The notes: a model not told the origin generated them from the letters alone. A stretch of DNA of 64,000 nucleotides from the human T2T-CHM13v2.0 reference genome, Homo sapiens (GCF_009914755.1 NC_060929.1); one strand, 5' to 3'. Counted from the stretch's first letter, positions 17,805 to 34,799 are shown. Program-made: numbers and translations.

Positions 17805-18325
17805 TTCCACTTCTAGGTATAGAACTAAGAAAATTGAAAACATATGTTCCCACAACAACTTGTACAAGAATGCTCATAGCAGCATTATTTGTAATAGTCA
17901 AAATATGGACACACCCAAATGGCCATCAACTGATGATCAGATAAACAAAATGTGGTATACCCATACAATGGAATATTATTCAGCCATAAAAAGGATACAT
18001 GCTACCACATGAATGAACCCTTAAAACATGCTAAGCAAAAGAAGCCAGTCACAAAAGGTCACATAATGTACGATTCCACTTATAATAAATGTACAGATTA
18101 GGTAAATCCAGTGACAGCAGATTAATGTTTCCAGGGGGCTAGAGGTGAGGAAGGAATAGAGTGACTGCTATTGAATATGAGATTTCCTTTTGGGATGATC
18201 AAATGCTCTGGAATTGGATAGTGGTGATGGTTGTATAACCTTGTAAATAAAGTAAAACTGCTAAATTGTACACGTTTAAACAGTGAATTTTGTGGAATAT
18301 TAATTACATCTCAGTTTTTAAAAAA
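17805..18325 (+). mobile_element. Old L1M 3' fragment
   Basis: atagcagcattatttgtaatag...atacaatggaatattattcagccataaaaagg...gatagtggtgatggttg. Confidence 0.8.
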
Positions 18326-18354
18326 TGACTTAGGTTATTAAAAATACATGTGTT

Positions 18355-18636
18355 GGCCGGGCACAGTGGCTCATGCCTGTAATCCTAGCACTTTGGGAGG
18401 CCGAGGCGGGCAGATTGCTTGAGCCTGGGAGTTCCAGACTATCCTGGGCAATATGGCGAAACCCCATCTCTACAAAAAAATTAGCCAGGTGTGATGGTGC
18501 ATACCTGTAGTCCCAGCTACTCAGGAGGCTGAGGTGGGAGGATTGCTTGAGCTGGGGAGTTCAAGGCTGCAGTGAGCCCTTACTACGCCACTGCACTCCA
18601 GCCTGGGCAACAGAGCAAGACCCTGTCTCAAAAAAT
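18355..18636 (+). mobile_element. AluJ
   Basis: Sense Alu with J-type gtgggaggattgcttgag. Confidence 0.9.
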
Positions 18637-19396
18637 ATATATATATATATGTCTATGTCTCCAATCCACACCAGTAAATCAGAATCTTGGGGGTTTGGGC
18701 AGAGATATGTGTGTTTTGTTGAAATTCCTTAGAGGTTCTAATATATCCCTTTAGCTGTCAATAACTGAGCCAGCACTGGATGGACTGCATAGCTTTCAGG
18801 CAGTCTTGTAGAAGTGGTGTTATTCCCAGCTAGACTTTTGGTGGACATTGGACTGTAATCTGTTCAGCATGCCACTCTCTCACAGGTATCTAGAATGCAG
18901 CTAATTTTTATGTTTCCATAGGTGACCAGCTGCATGCATTAACTGTCATCTGAGTTGGATGATTGGGGTTAATATTTAAGAGCTGAGGAGCCTAACAGTC
19001 ACTTATTTACGTACTGATTTAAGCCCTGCTAAATTTAGTCCACAGAATAAAATAATTTGGAAACTTAACTGCCTTTCTCAGTTTTCAGCTGAAGGAATAT
19101 ATGAAGAGAACTGTAGGTGACCTGACTTGTCCAAGGTCACAAAAAGTAGTAACAGGTAGAACTGGACCCTACACTATCAAATTTCTAGTAGAATGGAAAA
19201 ACATTTGTGGTATACTATAACTGCATCTGATTTTTTTTCCCTTCCTTTCTCTGATACATTTTGTAGACTATAATTGGAATTCTCACTGCTTACAGTACAA
19301 AGGACAAATTTGACCCAAAAGGCATTTTATTAGCAATTATTGAGTCAGGCACTATACTGATTACATACACTCATTCCTTTAATCTTCACAATAGTC

Positions 19397-19698
<302 letters not shown>

Positions 19699-20261
19699 AC
19701 ACAATAGTTCTTTATGATAGATAGTATCATTATTGACCATGTTATAAGCAAACTGAGGTTCAGAGAATTTAAACTAATTTGCCCAAAGTTATCCAGTTTA
19801 AAAGTAATAACACTGTGATTTGAGCCTAGATGTATCTGACTTCAAAGCATTACACTCTTGATGTGGTATATACTGTCTTTCAAAACTAGAAGAATAATGG
19901 AAGCTGACCTAAAACAAAGAAATGCCTAGCTGTCTGGTAACAATGCAGGTAGACAGACCAGCAACAATATTTTGTGCCAAAAATCAGTCTCATCTAAAAA
20001 TGTGATAGCACTTTAAAGAGTCCTTTCATGCAATTGTGAAAACAAATTCAAATGTTCTGGGGTATTAGATGAAAGTAAGCAGTAGCACATTCCCTTGTTC
20101 CTAATAAGGAACAACAAGCATAGTACCCCATAGTAGAACCTTGGTAAGTCACACCAGCTACAGTGGTACATTAGATTGCTTTAGCAACAAAGGACATTTA
20201 TAACCATGTCATTTTAGTCACCTTTAACTGCCTATAATAATGCCTTTAGTAGATACATATT

Positions 20262-20575
20262 CAGTTGTCTCGGTATCTCTGGGAGGGATTGGTTCCAGGA
20301 TCCCCCGATAAAACAGATACCGAAATCTAGGATGCTCAAGTCCCTTATATAAAATGGCATATCTAGTGTTTACATATAGCCTATCCATATCCTCTGATAT
20401 ACTTTAATCTCTAGATTGCTTTTGATATTAATATGTAAATGATACGTAGTTTTTATATTGTATTATTTTAAATTTGTATTTTTTTATTGTACTATTACTT
20501 TTTATTTTTTTTCCCCAATATTTTTGATCCATGGTTAGTTGAATCCGTAGATGTGGACCCTGTGGATAAATTGTA
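20262..20575 (+). mobile_element. MER2-like (TcMar-Tigger) DNA transposon
   Basis: ggattggttccaggatccccc...gatgctcaagtcccttatataaaatggc. Confidence 0.75.
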
Positions 20576-21804
20576 TGTTTATATTATTTCCAGGAAAAAT
20601 GAAAGTAGCCTTACTTTGTGACTGTTAAAAAAGAAAAAAAAAACTCTAAAAATAGTCACGCATAGAGGGGCAGGATTGGATATGAACATTAAGCATGTGA
20701 GAGAAATCCTTGATTTCCCTCTCTCATCTACCAGTCCCTGGCCTTTACTGTTGGTGCAAGATATTGCCACAGGTCTGTCCATCTCTCTCACTTCCCATGT
20801 CACTGAGTTTAGCTTAGCTGCAAGGGCTATTGCAGGAGGGTCCCAGCTCCCTCTTTGAGAAATCCTTACTCCAAATTCAGAATAAGTTTTCTATACACAT
20901 GATTTGTGGGCCAAATCACCCTTCTTTCTGCAGGAAATTTTTTTTCCTCTAAATTCCAAAGAATCAACTTAAAAACTGTTTTCTAATGATTGTCTCTTGA
21001 CAACATAGTTCATTTTAATCACCAGGAAAACCACTGAAATAATTTTGTTGTTGTTGCTGCTGCTGCTAAGTGTTATTGAGTCTCTTTTGAAGGACAAAAC
21101 TACTCAACAAGAACAGCCAATTTTTTGAAATTTCATTTCGGTGGCTAAGGAGGTACCAAGTTCATAGATATATGCTACTATTGTGGCACTTCTTACTGCC
21201 TTGAGTGATTACAATTTGTCAACCTAAAGGTAGAAGTTGCAGGTAACATATACCTAACAGGTTCTAATGGTCTTGGTACATGTTGGGAGACAGAACTAGG
21301 ACGAAAAAGTTGGGGAAGACTTCAGTAGTAGTATTGATCTCTTATAATCTTTCAGGTCAGTAGGCTTTATCATGGGGTTCCTATGCAAAATGATCCACTG
21401 GGGATGTAGGTATTAAAATATCTAGTTATATTTTTAATTTCACCATTTAAAATGTCTGTTTTGTATGTTTTTAATACTTTATAAGTAAATAAGTACACAG
21501 ATATATGCTCAAATCTTTATGAGACTCCCCATCAAACAGTAGACCTGGTTTTTAGATTATGGTTGTGAAAGAGCAGTAAAAGCTGCGCTACAGGAGGTAT
21601 TACACTTGTCACTGTGGATGGGGATGGGCCATCCAGATTGCCCCAGACCTGTAGATTCCTTCACACTGGCTTATTCTCCCTCTGTTGAATTTCACATGAT
21701 TCTAAGTAAGACAGAAATGGCACTTGCTGTCACCAGTTGCCTGTTACAGATTTCATGTTAGTAACTTGGTTATTTTTGTTAACTAATTTAATGTTTACCT
21801 TTAG

Positions 21805-22008
<204 letters not shown>

Positions 22009-23806
22009 TAAAAGAATTTTAGCCTCAGCCTGGTATCCTTTGAGAGTTACTAGAAGGTGAACAGTGTTTTGATACAATTATATTTCATGGCCTTAAGAAC
22101 TTTATTACTGAAGAAGTGATATAGAATTGGTAATCACACTGTAGTGATGGGCCTTAGTTATTCAGTATTGAACATGCTTAGTCCCCATACATCTGCTAGC
22201 CTGCTGCACAGAATAGTGGTACTAAGCATAAAGAATATGGAGCTGTGGACCTTGTCTGGGTCAGAGCTTGTACAGTCTATAATATTGTCAATGGAGTTGT
22301 TGCCAGAGTGATTTATCCACAGAGATTCATTTTAGATTTTCTCATTTGTAATTATGTGTCCACCAGAGCATTTCTTTTGAAAGATGAGCCTCATTCTTCC
22401 TTTATCTGGTCTTATTGTTACTTATTGTAGTTGCTACCTTCCTGGTACAGCAGAAAAGATTTTATTCCTGCCTTGACTGCCTTAGAGTTAGTTGCCTTAG
22501 GAATTCTGTAAGAACCTTGTTGATGCTAAGGCACTAGACTGGTATAAAAGGTTGTACTAGGCAAATACTTAGATTGTCAACCACCTCAGCTGGTTAAATC
22601 CAGGCCTCTCATTTATTAAACCCTTCCTTGTAGAGTTTTCATGTCTTCTTGAATTTATACAGAAATCTGAATGAAAAAATGCCCAGGCTTTTCTAAAGGA
22701 TATAGTAAAGTGAATTTTAATTTATAAAGCCTAACAAATGGTTAATCCTGTGTTTTGGTTAAGTACTCTTAGCTATTTAAAATCTCTTTCCTATATCAGG
22801 GAAATCAGATTTTTAACTAGAAGAGCTCATCATCTTCAGAGTCTTCATTTTTGTATGCATTATGCACACTTAGACCCAGAAAAATCACAGAGGAAATTAT
22901 GATGAAAGCCAAGAATGTGACCCTAATATCCTAGTTCCCAAGCCTCAGTTCTTTTACACGATACTCTCCATGGCAAGTTGGAAAAGTAATGCTTCTAGAA
23001 GAAATTTTGATATAAAATAATATATTCGTGGCTACTAAAGACCAAAACCAGATATTTAAAAAATTTCTTCTGTAATTGGTACATAACAGTACTTTTTACA
23101 TTCATTCACATTACTAAGTACAACTATTTTTCAAACGTTTCTTCAACCAGGACATAACAGAAATGCCAACAAGACTTGTAATCCAGTCGACTCTGTAAGG
23201 ATGCCCATAAGCTTGAGAGTAGTGCCTGACACATAAGAGGATGCTTAATAAGTGATAATAAATAAATGAAGATTTTTAAAGCATACATTGAAATTTGTAT
23301 AATCTGCCAAAATATCAGAAAAGTTTGAATATTTTACTTTTTTGGTCATTATTATGGTTTTTACACTTGTGCAAGAGAAATTTTGTTTTCATGGAGGAAT
23401 CTAAATTTTTAATAAGTATTACTGCAGAAAATTAATATATGATTTAATTCGTATTGTGCCTTTGACATGAGCAAAATGATGATGAAGCCTGTTATCCATA
23501 ACTTCTTAGTGTTGATAATTGTGCATTCTCAGTTCACAATCAGAAGATTGTGAATTTGTAATATTAATCACCAGAGTGCTTTACTTAGCGTCTAAAGGCC
23601 AGGAACTTTATCAGTGATCACATGCTATGAGGGTTCTGTAATACACAAAATTAGCTATTTAGCAACCTATGTGCGGCAGAGATATGGAAGGAAGAGAGGG
23701 GTTTTCTTTAGTACCAAAGCCCTAAATAATAAGCAAGGAGAGACTCTGTTATAATATACTGATTGCTAAGGAGAATGATACTTAACCTATCTAAAGAAAT
23801 CTATGA

Positions 23807-24097
<291 letters not shown>

Positions 24098-24143
24098 TAA
24101 GTATTAGACTGGGGATTTTCTTATTGCAGTTAATATTAACTAA

Positions 24144-24479
<336 letters not shown>

Positions 24480-25580
24480 CCTCATTTTTTCTCTTTAAAT
24501 ATGGTATTTTATGTATACCATGGATTGGAAAATATATGTATGTATGTATGTAAACACACACTAGCTTAAGTTATGAAGTTAAGATATAAAGCATATTAAT
24601 ATCTACGAGTATTCATGATACTACCTCCCTCTAACCAATCTACCATTATCACTGATTGGCATCCACTTAGATGCTCCCTTCTTATCTCAACCTTCTGTCA
24701 TCCCCATTCCCTATAACCAGTGACAAAGATTTTTACTTTCTCTGCTTTTTTAAAAAACAGTTTTATCATATATATGTCATATTTTGAGCTTTTTAAAAAT
24801 GATATGATATTCTAGGACTTGCTTTTTTATTTGGATTTGCTTTTGTTTATCCATGTTGTTTATGGCCGTAGTTGATTCATTTTCACTGATGTACATAATC
24901 TACTATGGGAATAGACCACAATGCATTCATTCTCCTACAGATGGACATTTGGGGTTTTTTTCCAGGTCTTGTCATGTCTTCTGGAGGAAAGGTATAAGGT
25001 TATATTTGTGGGAGTGCATTGTGGAGTATGCTCAATTTTACAAAATAATATTGTTTTCCAGAAATGACTACTGATTTATACCACTAGCAGTATATAAGGG
25101 TTTATTTGATGGATCCTCTGACATTGGTTTTATAAATTTCTTAATGTTTGCCAACCTCATAGGTTTAAAATGATGAATCGTTGTTTATACATTATTAGTC
25201 TTGTCTTTTTGTGTGTTTTGGGACAGAGTCTCTCTTTGTCACCTAGGCTAGAGTGCAATGGTGCAATCATAGTTCAGTGTAACCTCAAACTCCTGGGCTC
25301 AGGCATTCCTCCCACTTCGGCCTCCCAAAGTGCTGGGGTCACAGGTGTGAGGCATTGTTCCTGGCCCTATTGGTCTTTTCTTATTGATTTAAATGTGTTC
25401 TTTATCTCTTCTGCATTTCAATTCCTTTTCAGTTATATGTATTACAAATGTCTTTTCAAACATTATGCTTATCTTTTTTACTTAGCATCTTTTGATGACA
25501 CTGGATTTGATTTTGAGTTAGTTGAATTTAGCAGCCTTTTCTGGTTAGCTCTTTGTGTGTCTTGTTAAGAAATCCTTCCC

Positions 25581-25582
25581 TA

Positions 25583-25616
<34 letters not shown>

Positions 25617-25617
25617 C

Positions 25618-25654
<37 letters not shown>

Positions 25655-25673
25655 AAGATATATATATATAAAG

Positions 25674-25707
<34 letters not shown>

Positions 25708-25711
25708 ATAT
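25581..25711. repeat. Compound microsatellite (CT)n-(AT)n-(AG)n
   Basis: Read directly from the sequence. Confidence 0.95.
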
Positions 25712-25712
25712 C

Positions 25713-26003
25713 TTTTTTTTTTTTGAGACGGAGTCTCACTCAGTCGCCCAGGCTGGAGTGCAGTGGCGCCATCTCGGCTCACTGCAAGCTCTGCCTCCCA
25801 GGTTCACGCCATTCTCCTGCCTCAGCCTCCTGAGTAGCTGGGACTACAGGCGCCCGCCACTACGCCCGGCTAATTTTATTGCATTTTTAGTAGAGATGGG
25901 GTTTCACCGTGTTAGCCAGGATGGTCTCGATTTCCTGACCTCGTGATCCACCTGTATTGGCCTCCCAAAGTGCTGGGATTACAGGCGTGAGCTGCCACGC
26001 CCT
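25713..26003 (-). mobile_element. AluY-like
   Basis: gcaagctc...ttcacgccattctc...caccgtgttagccaggatgg diagnostics. Confidence 0.9.
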
Positions 26004-26456
26004 ACTTCTATATTTTTGTCTAAAAGTTTTAAATTTTGCCTTTCACATGTAAGTACATTTAAGTATTTAATTCTAAGTTGAATTTTTTCCGTTATGAATA
26101 ACTGGTTGTCTTGGCTCTATTTATTGTAGACTATCCTTCTCTCAGTGACCTACAGTGTCATTTCTGTCATATATCAGAATTCCCTATGTGCCTGGGTTGG
26201 CCTGGGTTCTCTGTTCTACTTAATTCATCACTTTGTCTATCTCTGTGCCATTTCTCTCACCATCTTAATTACATATAGCAGAATTTTCTTTATCCAGTGT
26301 ATGTCTGTCTTTTAACCAGTGAATTTAGGCCTTTCATATTCATTCTGATTACTCAATTGAGTTGGATTTATTTCTGCCATCTTTTTTTCCTTTCCTGCCT
26401 TTTTGAGATGGATTTATTTTTCTTGACTCCTCCTTTTTCCCTTCTTTGGGTTATCC

Positions 26457-26870
26457 AGTTGACCATATAACATGGGGATTAGGGACACTAAGCCCCCCAC
26501 GCAGTCAGAAATCCACATATAACTTTTGATTCCCTCAGAACTTAACTACTAATAGCCTACTGTTGACTGGAAGCCTTACTGATAACAGAAACAGTTGATT
26601 AACATATATTTTGTATGTTATGTGTATTATATGCAGTATTCTTTCACAATAAAGTAAACTGGAGACAAGAAAAAATTATAAGGGAAAATATATTTTCTGT
26701 TAAGTGGAAATGAATCATCATAAAGGTCTTCATCCTTGTCCTCTTCACATTGAAGAGGAGGAGGAAGAAGAGGAGGGGTCAGTCTTGCTGTCTCGGATGG
26801 CAGAGGTGGAAGAAAATCTACATAAACATAGACCCACATGGTTCAAACCTGTGTTCAAGGATCGGTTGTA
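26457..26870 (-). mobile_element. Tigger2a-like DNA transposon
   Basis: cagttgacc terminus; aatagcctactgttgactggaagccttac; reverse-complement homology to 60783-61000. Confidence 0.75.
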
Positions 26871-26939
26871 TTCTACTTTAGTTATTTGAGTGTTTACTTT
26901 TTAATTTTTAAATACTTATTTGACTTAAAATCATATGCA

Positions 26940-27115
26940 TTAGTTCTCAAAGTGGTCGTGGAGCACCATTATCAGTATCACCTTGGAACATGTTAGAAAT
27001 GCCTCTCAGCTTCTACCCCAGACCTCGATCAAAAATTTGAGAGGTAGGGCCCAGCAGTCTATTTTTGACAGACATTTTGGGTGATTCTGATGCACATCAA
27101 AGTTTAAAAACCATA
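26940..27115. mobile_element. MER5A-like (hAT-Charlie)
   Basis: ttctcaaagtgg...gttagaaatgc...ggtgattctgatgcac...aaagttt. Confidence 0.7.
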
Positions 27116-27964
27116 GCTTTAATGTGAATTGTTTTATCTTTTTCCTGAATACTAATTATCTTCTCTCATCTGCATTATTTCTTTTGTCTAATATTTTAGT
27201 TTTACCTTGTTTTTAAATCATCACAAATGAGTAATAATTATTGTGGTGGTTTCATAAGCCCGCATGTTTCCCAATTTCTTTGTTCATTCTTGCTTTTTAA
27301 ATCCCACTCCTCCCTTCTTTAGGTTCAGTTTTCTTTTTTTGGAGTATATTCTTCAATAGTTTTTTCAGTGAATGACTGTTAGTGGTAAACAATCAGTCTT
27401 TGAGAAGTTTTTCCCCTTAATTTGATAGTTTAGCTGAGCATAGAGTTCTAGATTGACAGTTTTGTTCTCTTGGCACTTTGAAAATATTTCATTTTTTGTT
27501 GGCCTCTATGGTTACAGTTGAGAAATCATTTTAATTATTCCTTTAAAAGTAATCTGCCTTTTTCCCCTGGTTCTCTTAGGATTTTTCCCTTTGTCTTCAG
27601 TGTTCTGTATTTTTATAATAGTGTGTCTAGACTCAGCTTTAGTTCTTCTGCTCATAAATTATGCTTTTTGATCTGAGGATTGATATCTTCCATCAATTTT
27701 GGGGATTTTTCATACATTATCTCTTCAAATATTATTCTTTCTCCATTTCTCACTATTTTCCCCTTCTTCACTTTTTATTAGACATAACCTCCTCTTTCCT
27801 CTACATTGCTTAACCCCTCTTGCATATACTGGGCTCTGGGTAAATATCTTGTTAAATAAATTATTTAGCTGCTACTTATACTGCCTATTGAGTTGTCATT
27901 TTTTCCTCCATTTTTTTCTATAAGTTCTATTTTGTTCTTTTTCAGAAACTCACATGGTTTTTTT

Positions 27965-28260
<296 letters not shown>

Positions 28261-28997
28261 TATGATGTATTTTCTTCCTTTGTATTTTGATTCCTTCTTG
28301 AATGTGTCTTTACTCATTTTATACACATTTTATACCTAGGCCTCCCAAAGTGCTAGGATTACAGATGTGAGCCACTGTGCCAGGCTTATGATGTATTTTC
28401 TTCCTTAGTATTTTGATTCCTTCTTGAATGTGTCTTTACTCATTTTAACTATACACATTTTATATTCTCTTTCAGATTGTTATTTTTTAATTTCACATTT
28501 TGAGGAGTCTGCTTCTGCTGTTTTGTATGTTGATTCTATCCCCTAGTGAAGTTTCTGTGTTTTATTAACATTTAATTGTGTGCTTATCTTTAGTAGTGTT
28601 GTTTTTTCTATGAGACTCCCTTGTGACCTTTCCTTGTAGAGGTCCATCTACACAGAAATTTTGGTTTTATATTAACTAAGAGCTCCAGAGAAAACATTGG
28701 CCTGCATGTAGGGTTTTTGTTAATTTCTTAGTTGGTAGGTTCCTAGACTATACTCACTGGTAGCATAACTTTGAACCCCAAAACTATATAAAGCATTTGC
28801 CCAAGACTTTGAATTTTCAACTCATTAATTTTCCACTCTTTCATTGAGGATTGATGTTATAGCTCTTGAAGAGTCCCATTTTTTGTGTGTTGGGAGTCAC
28901 TTCTAATCTTCTTCCTTACTTGGGTCCTATCCTTCATCTTCTGTCCTGGATGATAAGAACCAATCCCTAGGTTATAAAAACAATAACGCCAAGTTCA

Positions 28998-29287
<290 letters not shown>

Positions 29288-30418
29288 TAACAATAACAGT
29301 AATAATAATAACCCCAAGTTTAGTTTGTCTGTCAGGTTACATACTGACTGGTCTGGTTTTCACTTCTATCTTCGTTTCTATTATGTAGGGATTTCCCTTT
29401 CTTTCTTGTGAGCTCAACTATGAATTTAAAATAAGTTTTGTTATAAGTCTATCTAGTAGTTCTGTTCATTTGTGGCAGGAGAATTATTACTTACCTTAGA
29501 TTTTGGTGGTGGTTGTTTTTTCCAGAATGGCAAATATCTTCCTTAGCACTAAGAGAGTTACACAGAGAGCTTCTCTTCTAAGACTTCTGGTCAGATACAG
29601 CATAGTCAACAGACCAACCTGAGCAGTGGCATTCAGACCACAGGGCTCAGGAAGACAGGAGAACTCTGGTTTCAGTATGAGGACTTTTTTAGTTAGTGAT
29701 GATAACAAAGGTGGTCCCAGAATTGCCTAGGCATATTTTTGGCATATACAAGTTTTAGGAAGTACGTAATCATGTAAGACAAATTAGATCCATTTACTGT
29801 GAAATATTGGGAGTGAGCCAATTAACATGTTATTTTTTAAAAATAAATTATACTAAGATTTTTGTTAGATTAAGTTTAACTTTTAAAACAATTTTTTGAG
29901 AGTATTCCATGGATATATCTTTTGTCCCATTTCATTGTGAGTGGGTACGTTAACATTACAATGTTCCCTGGGTCCAAAATGGCTCATAGAATTATATGCC
30001 TGCACCAAATGAGAACTTTTGTTTTTTAACTTCTTTGAATATTGCCATCTCTCCTAGATATTAGATCCAGCAGTTTAAAGTGGTTAGTCTTGGAATTTAA
30101 GGTGCTGAAACAAGAACATAAGCAAAACTTAAGGAATTCTTGCCCAGTAGACTACACATACATATATTTGTTTTTTGTTTTTTGGTTTTTTTTGCCTTTA
30201 ATAATTCTTTTTAGTCTTCTCAGCTACCTCATTTATGCCTTTAGGGGACTTTTTAGTTTTTCTTAGTTCTTTAACAACAGATGCTGTGTATCTAATAGAC
30301 TTATCAAACATTCATTGAGCATTAAGGAATAGGAGATCCAGTAACTTCTAGCAAGGATATTATAGTTTATTTGAAGAGACACAAATCAAAACAGATTTTT
30401 GTTGGTAAAAACCTATTT

Positions 30419-30695
30419 TGCCAGGCTTAGTGGCTTACGCCTGTAATCCTAGCACTTTGGGAGTCCAAAGTGGGTGGATTGCTTAAGTCCAGGAGTTTGA
30501 GACCAACCTGGGCAACATGGCGAAACCCCATCACTACAAAAAAATACAAAAATTATCTGGGCGTGGTAGCACACACCTGTAATCCCAGCTACTCAGAAGC
30601 CCGTGGCGGGTTGCAATGAGCCAAGATTGTGCCAGTGCACTCCAGCGTGGGTGACAGAAAGAGACCCTGTCTCAAAAAAAAAAAAAAAAAAAAAA
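30419..30695 (+). mobile_element. AluJ (internal deletion)
   Basis: Sense Alu with long A tail. Confidence 0.88.
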
Positions 30696-30817
30696 TCACC
30701 AAAACTTCTATTTGGAATAAGATAAGTTGGTTGTGATGGAAAAATAAAAATGGATATTAAAAGCAAGACATTGGACTTTGTATAAAAGTCCAACATGATA
30801 AGTTTTACCTTTTTTAA

Positions 30818-31187
<370 letters not shown>

Positions 31188-31194
31188 GAATTCT

Positions 31195-32195
31195 TTTTTT
31201 TAAAAAAAGTTTTATTCTTATTTTTTATGGCTATATAGCCGGTATATTTATGTGGTACGTGAGATATTTTGATGCAGGCATACAATGCATAATAATCACA
31301 TCAGGGTAAATGAGGTTTCCATCACCTCAAGCATTTATCCTTCCTTTTGTTACAGACATTCCAATTATACTATTTAGTTATTTTTAAATGTACAATACAT
31401 TGTTGACTGTAGTCACTCTGTTGTGCTATAATATACTAGATCTTATTCTTACTATATTTTTGTACTTGTTAACCATCTCCACTGCCCTTCCTAGTCTCTG
31501 GTAACTATCATCTCCACTATCTCCATGAGTTCAATTGTTTTAATTTTTCACTCCCACAAATGAATGAGAACATGCAAAGTTTGTCTTTCTGTGCCTGGCT
31601 TATTTCACCTAACATAATGTCCTTCAGTTCCATCCATGTTATTCCAGATGACAGGATCTCATTTTATTTTATGGCTGAATAGCACTCCATTGTATATATG
31701 AACAACTTTTTTTTTTTTTTGAGACGGAGTCTCTGTCTCCCAGGCTGAAGTGCAGTGGTGTGATTTCAGCTCACTGCAACCTCCACCTCAGCCTCCGAGT
31801 AGCTGGAATTACAGGTTCCTGCCACCACACCTGGCTAATTTTTGTATTTTTAGTAGAAACAGGGTTTTGCCATGTAGGCCATATTGATCTCGAACTCCTG
31901 ACCTCAAATGATCCACCCGCCTCAGCCTCCCACAGTGCTGGAATTAGACGTGAGCCACCGCGCCCGAGAGGAACCACATTTTCTTTATCCATTTATCTGT
32001 TGATGGACACTTAGGTTGCTTCCAAATCTTAGGTATTATGAACAGTGCTGCAATAAATATGGGAGTGCAGATATCTCCTCAACCTAATGATTTCATTTCC
32101 TTTGCGTAAATATCCAGTAAGTGGGATTGCAGAATCATATGGTAGTTCTGTCTTTAGTTTTTTTAGGAACCTCCATACTATTCTCCATAGTGGTG
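31195..32195 (-). mobile_element. L1MA-type 3' end interrupted by an Alu (about 31706-31965)
   Basis: Antisense L1 3' UTR/ORF2 end (ctgtgcctggcttatttcac, ttgatggacacttaggttg, ggaacctccatac). Confidence 0.85.
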
Positions 32196-32673
32196 ATTTT
32201 GAGTCCTGACTGAAGATATTTAGCAAATTATTTAGACACTCTGAGTTTCCGTTTCCTCATCTATAAAATAGAATTTTTAAAAATCTATACTATTATTCAG
32301 TATAGAGTCAGAAAAGCTCAGAGGCGATTTAGTCCAGCTTCCTTTGTCATGTTCCATTCTTTAATGTAAGTTAAGTTCTTAAATTCTCTATTCTTTAATA
32401 GCACTAAAGAACTAAATTCATTAAGAAAACGTAGGTTTCTGTTCCCATTTAAACATTCTTTGAGGTTGAGGGCTGTGCATAGAAGACAATAATAGCAATT
32501 GAATACTACATGATAGCATAATCGATTTAATTATTGTATCTAACTCTGTTTTAAAGGGCAAGTATTTATCAGACAGATTAAGCAGGCTACCCAAGATTAC
32601 CCAGGTAAATGGTAGAGATAAAATTAGATATCAGAACCACTGTGACATGCTGCTACCATAGTGGCCCCCTGCT

Positions 32674-32968
32674 TTTTTTTTTATTTTTCTGGAGACGGAG
32701 TCTCACTGGTTCTCTCAGCTCTCTCAGGCTGGAGTGCAGTGGCGTGATCTCTGCTCACTGTAACCTCTGCCTCTTGGGTTCAAGCGATTCTCATGCCTCA
32801 GCCTTCTAAGTAGCTGGGATTACAGGCATGTGCTACCACACTGGGCTAATTTTTGTATTTTTAGTAGAAACGAGGTTTCGCCATGATGACCAGGCTAGTT
32901 TTGAACTCCTGGCCTCAAGTGATCCACCCTCCTCAGCCTCCCAAAGTGCTGGGATTACGGGCATGACC
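32674..32968 (-). mobile_element. Alu
   Basis: Antisense Alu. Confidence 0.88.
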
Positions 32969-33099
32969 TTTTTTTATAACCGTTAAAAAACTAGTATTTA
33001 TATAAAAGCATTTTAACTGTTACTTATACTTCCTGGTTTAGAACCATAACTTATTTCTATATATTTTGTAACTCTTCAGTGAGGTGCTTGTGTACATAA

Positions 33100-34360
33100 T
33101 ACATAGTTGTATATTAGGATTTTGTTCAATAAAAATTTGAGTACATAAATGCTTGATACTGTTCTAGATACTAAGTATATAAGGATGAAGAAACAAAATT
33201 AAGAAATAAATTAATAACAAAATGGGTAGTAGTGGTAGGTATTACAGTGAAAATGAACAATGTGAGCATAACAGATGGGCCTTTAAGCTGGGACCTGATT
33301 GATGAGAAGGGAGCAAGATATGCAAAAAATGGGGTGCAGGCGTTCCAGGTAGAGAGAATAGTTACTGCAGCAGCCAAGACCAGTACGAACAGAAAGTGTT
33401 CAAGGACCAGGAAGAAGGCAAGCATGGGTGGAATATAGTCAGGGATAGACCATTCCCAGAGTATGTCATGCCTTGTAGCCTTGGTAAACAAACAGTTTTA
33501 TTTCATTCTAACTGCATTGGGCAGTCACTGGAGGGTTTGAAGCAGGGAAGTAATATAATCTGATTTCTAGTTGGAAGAAATTGCACTGGCTGCTGGGTGT
33601 GGAGAATGGATTGTAAAGGGCAAGAGTAAAAGCAGAGACTGATGAGGAGACTTGTAGTAACCAAGAGATGGTGGTGGGCTAGATCAGGTGGTAGCAGTGA
33701 AAATGGAGAGAAGTGATAGACTTGGGATTTGTTCTGGAGAGAGAGTTGACAGGCCTTGCTTCTGAATTGAGTGTAAGGGAGGGAAAGTAAAATAACCAAA
33801 GGTTGCTCCTACATATTTTTGCTTGAACAACAGGATATTGGGAGAACAGGTTGCCATTCCCTAAAATGGGTGGGACTGGGGAGAGAAAATCAGTAGTTCC
33901 GTTTTGTACACTTTAAGTTTGAAGTGCCTGTAGATATCTAAGCAGAGCTGTCAAGCAGGCAGTTGGATATATAACCTCGAGCCTAGAGTTCAAGTGAAAG
34001 GTGTACACTGGGGAGTCATCAGCATATCCACGGCATTTAACCCATGAGATGAGATCACATGTGGAATGAGCATAGAGAGAGAAGGGAAAGGTCCCACCAC
34101 TAGTTATGTTTGCAAATCCAGTAAATAAGCAGCTGGTGATGTGGGAAAAGATTTTAAAAGATGTGGTATCTTGAAAACCAAGTGAAGCAAATATATCAAG
34201 AATCTAATGCTATTTGGAGTCAAATAAGATAAGGACTAAGAAGTGGCCCTTAAATTTGACAAAATGGAAGTTGTTAATGACTGAGGAGCAGTCAGTGGCA
34301 CAGTTGGAACTGAAGCCCGGTCAAGTTGGGTGGGGAGAGAATGGGTAGTAAGAAATGGAG
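33100..34360. mobile_element. L2 fragment
   Basis: Purine-rich L2 motifs (ggagggtttgaagcaggga, ttaagtttgaagtgcctg, ggagtcatcagcata). Confidence 0.7.
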
Positions 34361-34366
34361 ACAGCA

Positions 34367-34766
<400 letters not shown>

Positions 34767-34799
34767 TTAAATAGGCAGGTTGGTTTTGTTTTCAATTTT

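Noticed and set aside
30771-30793. 9-bp-arm inverted repeat ttggacttt...aaagtccaa
   Set aside because: Short enough to occur by chance in 64 kb; no other support
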